A stretch of DNA of 32,000 bases from Aliivibrio fischeri (GTDB taxonomy: Bacteria; Pseudomonadota; Gammaproteobacteria; Enterobacterales; Vibrionaceae): NCBI RefSeq assembly GCF_009727955.1, contig NZ_WOBR01000003.1:86069-118068 (forward strand). The letters are read 5' to 3'. The position numbers were made by a program, and so were the translations under genes. Shown one piece after another: positions 31,342 to 32,000 of the stretch. The notes beneath the pieces were generated by a model. The model worked only from the letters and a program-made list of their open reading frames with translations. It searched no databases and was not told the origin of the DNA. The number at the start of each line of letters is the position of its first letter. Positions within the stretch are counted from its first letter, which is position 1.

Positions 31342-32000
31342 TTACACTTTAAAATAAGATAAAAATGTTTGTAGTGTATTTGCTAATTGAGATAATTTTA
31401 TTCTCGATTGCTCTATGTTTTTATACGTCATATTTTCTTGCAATGATTCTATAAACGTCACTGCTTTTTTCGTTGAGAGTTGAGTATGACTAGCAAGAGC
31501 ATGAGCTTCAGTAACCATCACTTCAAAACGAGTATTCTGCTTATCCAAATTAGAAGCTTCATTCGCAATATTCGTAGCAAATGTATGCGTTGCTTCAGCA
31601 ATATTGTTCATTATTTCAATGATGCTATTTAATTTAATTGACTCTTTTTTAGGCTCATCAATAGCTGTTTTTATATCGTCAATTGCAGCCGCAACAATCG
31701 TAATATCAGCAGGAGTTGTCGTATTAGTAAACGATTTTTCCGAGCTGTCATTCATTTCTTTAACTTCGATGGAAAGTTGAGTTACCGCTGAAATTGTATT
31801 TTCAATTAACGTTCGTAATTGATGTTGCATTTCAATATTTGTATCCGCTAATGCACCTAGCTCATCATTGCCAATTTCTTCACGACGAAGTTCAAAGGTT
31901 AAATCTCCCGCTGCGATCGCTTTAGATTGCTCAACAACCAAATGTAATGGACGGCAAATTTGACGAGCTAAAAAGAAGGTGATAAAAATCATAAATACAA
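31342..32000 (-). CDS. Third MCP paralog, 5' end cut by the window edge; conserved TM2/HAMP but a shortened, degenerate signalling domain
   Basis: The frame stays open to the window edge (codons before the M at 31992 read ...VF, compared with ...AF in MCP-1). The first roughly 75 aa match the MCP-1/2 HAMP region closely. The rest is about 125 aa shorter. The tip motif is degraded to FATNIANEASNLDKQNTRFEVMVTEAHALASHTQ. The C-terminus LSYFKV is retained. Confidence 0.6.
   Translation of the reverse strand, partial: VFMIFITFFLARQICRPLHLVVEQSKAIAAGDLTFELRREEIGNDELGALADTNIEMQHQLRTLIENTISAVTQLSIEVKEMNDSSEKSFTNTTTPADITIVAAAIDDIKTAIDEPKKESIKLNSIIEIMNNIAEATHTFATNIANEASNLDKQNTRFEVMVTEAHALASHTQLSTKKAVTFIESLQENMTYKNIEQSRIKLSQLANTLQTFLSYFKV

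Noticed and set aside
1-32000. Search for tRNA or rRNA genes, CRISPR arrays, IS elements, integrases, prophage or att-like repeats
   Set aside because: I saw none by eye. There are no regularly spaced direct repeats, transposase or integrase-like ORFs, or long terminal inverted repeats. The only sizeable repeats are the tandem MCP paralogs. tRNA detection by eye is unreliable, so a tRNAscan run would be needed to be certain.

Overview
This is an AT-rich chromosomal segment. Its gene content (a Vibrio-style TonB2/Ttp cluster, torCA and tandem MCPs) suggests a marine Vibrionaceae-type gammaproteobacterium; that is inference, not a search result. All family calls come from reading motifs in the supplied translations and the DNA by eye, because no similarity search could be run. 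I support 30 protein-coding genes plus one small ORF below the track threshold. I saw no rRNA, tRNA, CRISPR array, transposase, integrase or phage genes.

Gene order:
- 16-3439: a membrane protein, a CBS-pair protein, a secreted protein of unknown function and a small cytoplasmic protein.
- 3504-10549, minus strand: a Fur-box-preceded TonB-dependent receptor followed by a complete TonB2-type operon (ttpB-ttpC-exbB-exbD-tonB-ttpD).
- 10916-14473, plus strand: torC-torA, encoding a pentahaem cytochrome and a Tat-exported TMAO reductase.
- 14578-19324, minus strand: a tightly packed five-gene operon. It encodes an OM beta-barrel protein, a periplasmic TPR protein, a bitopic protein with a FliF-like periplasmic end and a full-length FliG-like cytoplasmic part, a MotA/PomA-like protein and a MotB/PomB-like protein.
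- 19539-21598: a CpxRA-like two-component system.
- 21793-24306: a small secreted protein followed by a CusRS-family two-component system, preceded by a CusR-box-like palindrome.
- 24324-26161: arsR-ogt, divergent from an ArsP/DUF318-like permease, with duplicated operators between them.
- 26311-27189: a beta-hydroxyacid dehydrogenase.
- 27308-32000: three tandem MCP paralogs. Their conservation is mosaic, and the third is degenerate and cut by the window edge.

The best candidate for an undescribed system is the orphan flagellar-motor-like operon at 14578-19324. It has rotor-like, stator-like and envelope-anchoring parts, but the window contains no rod, hook, filament, export or switch genes.
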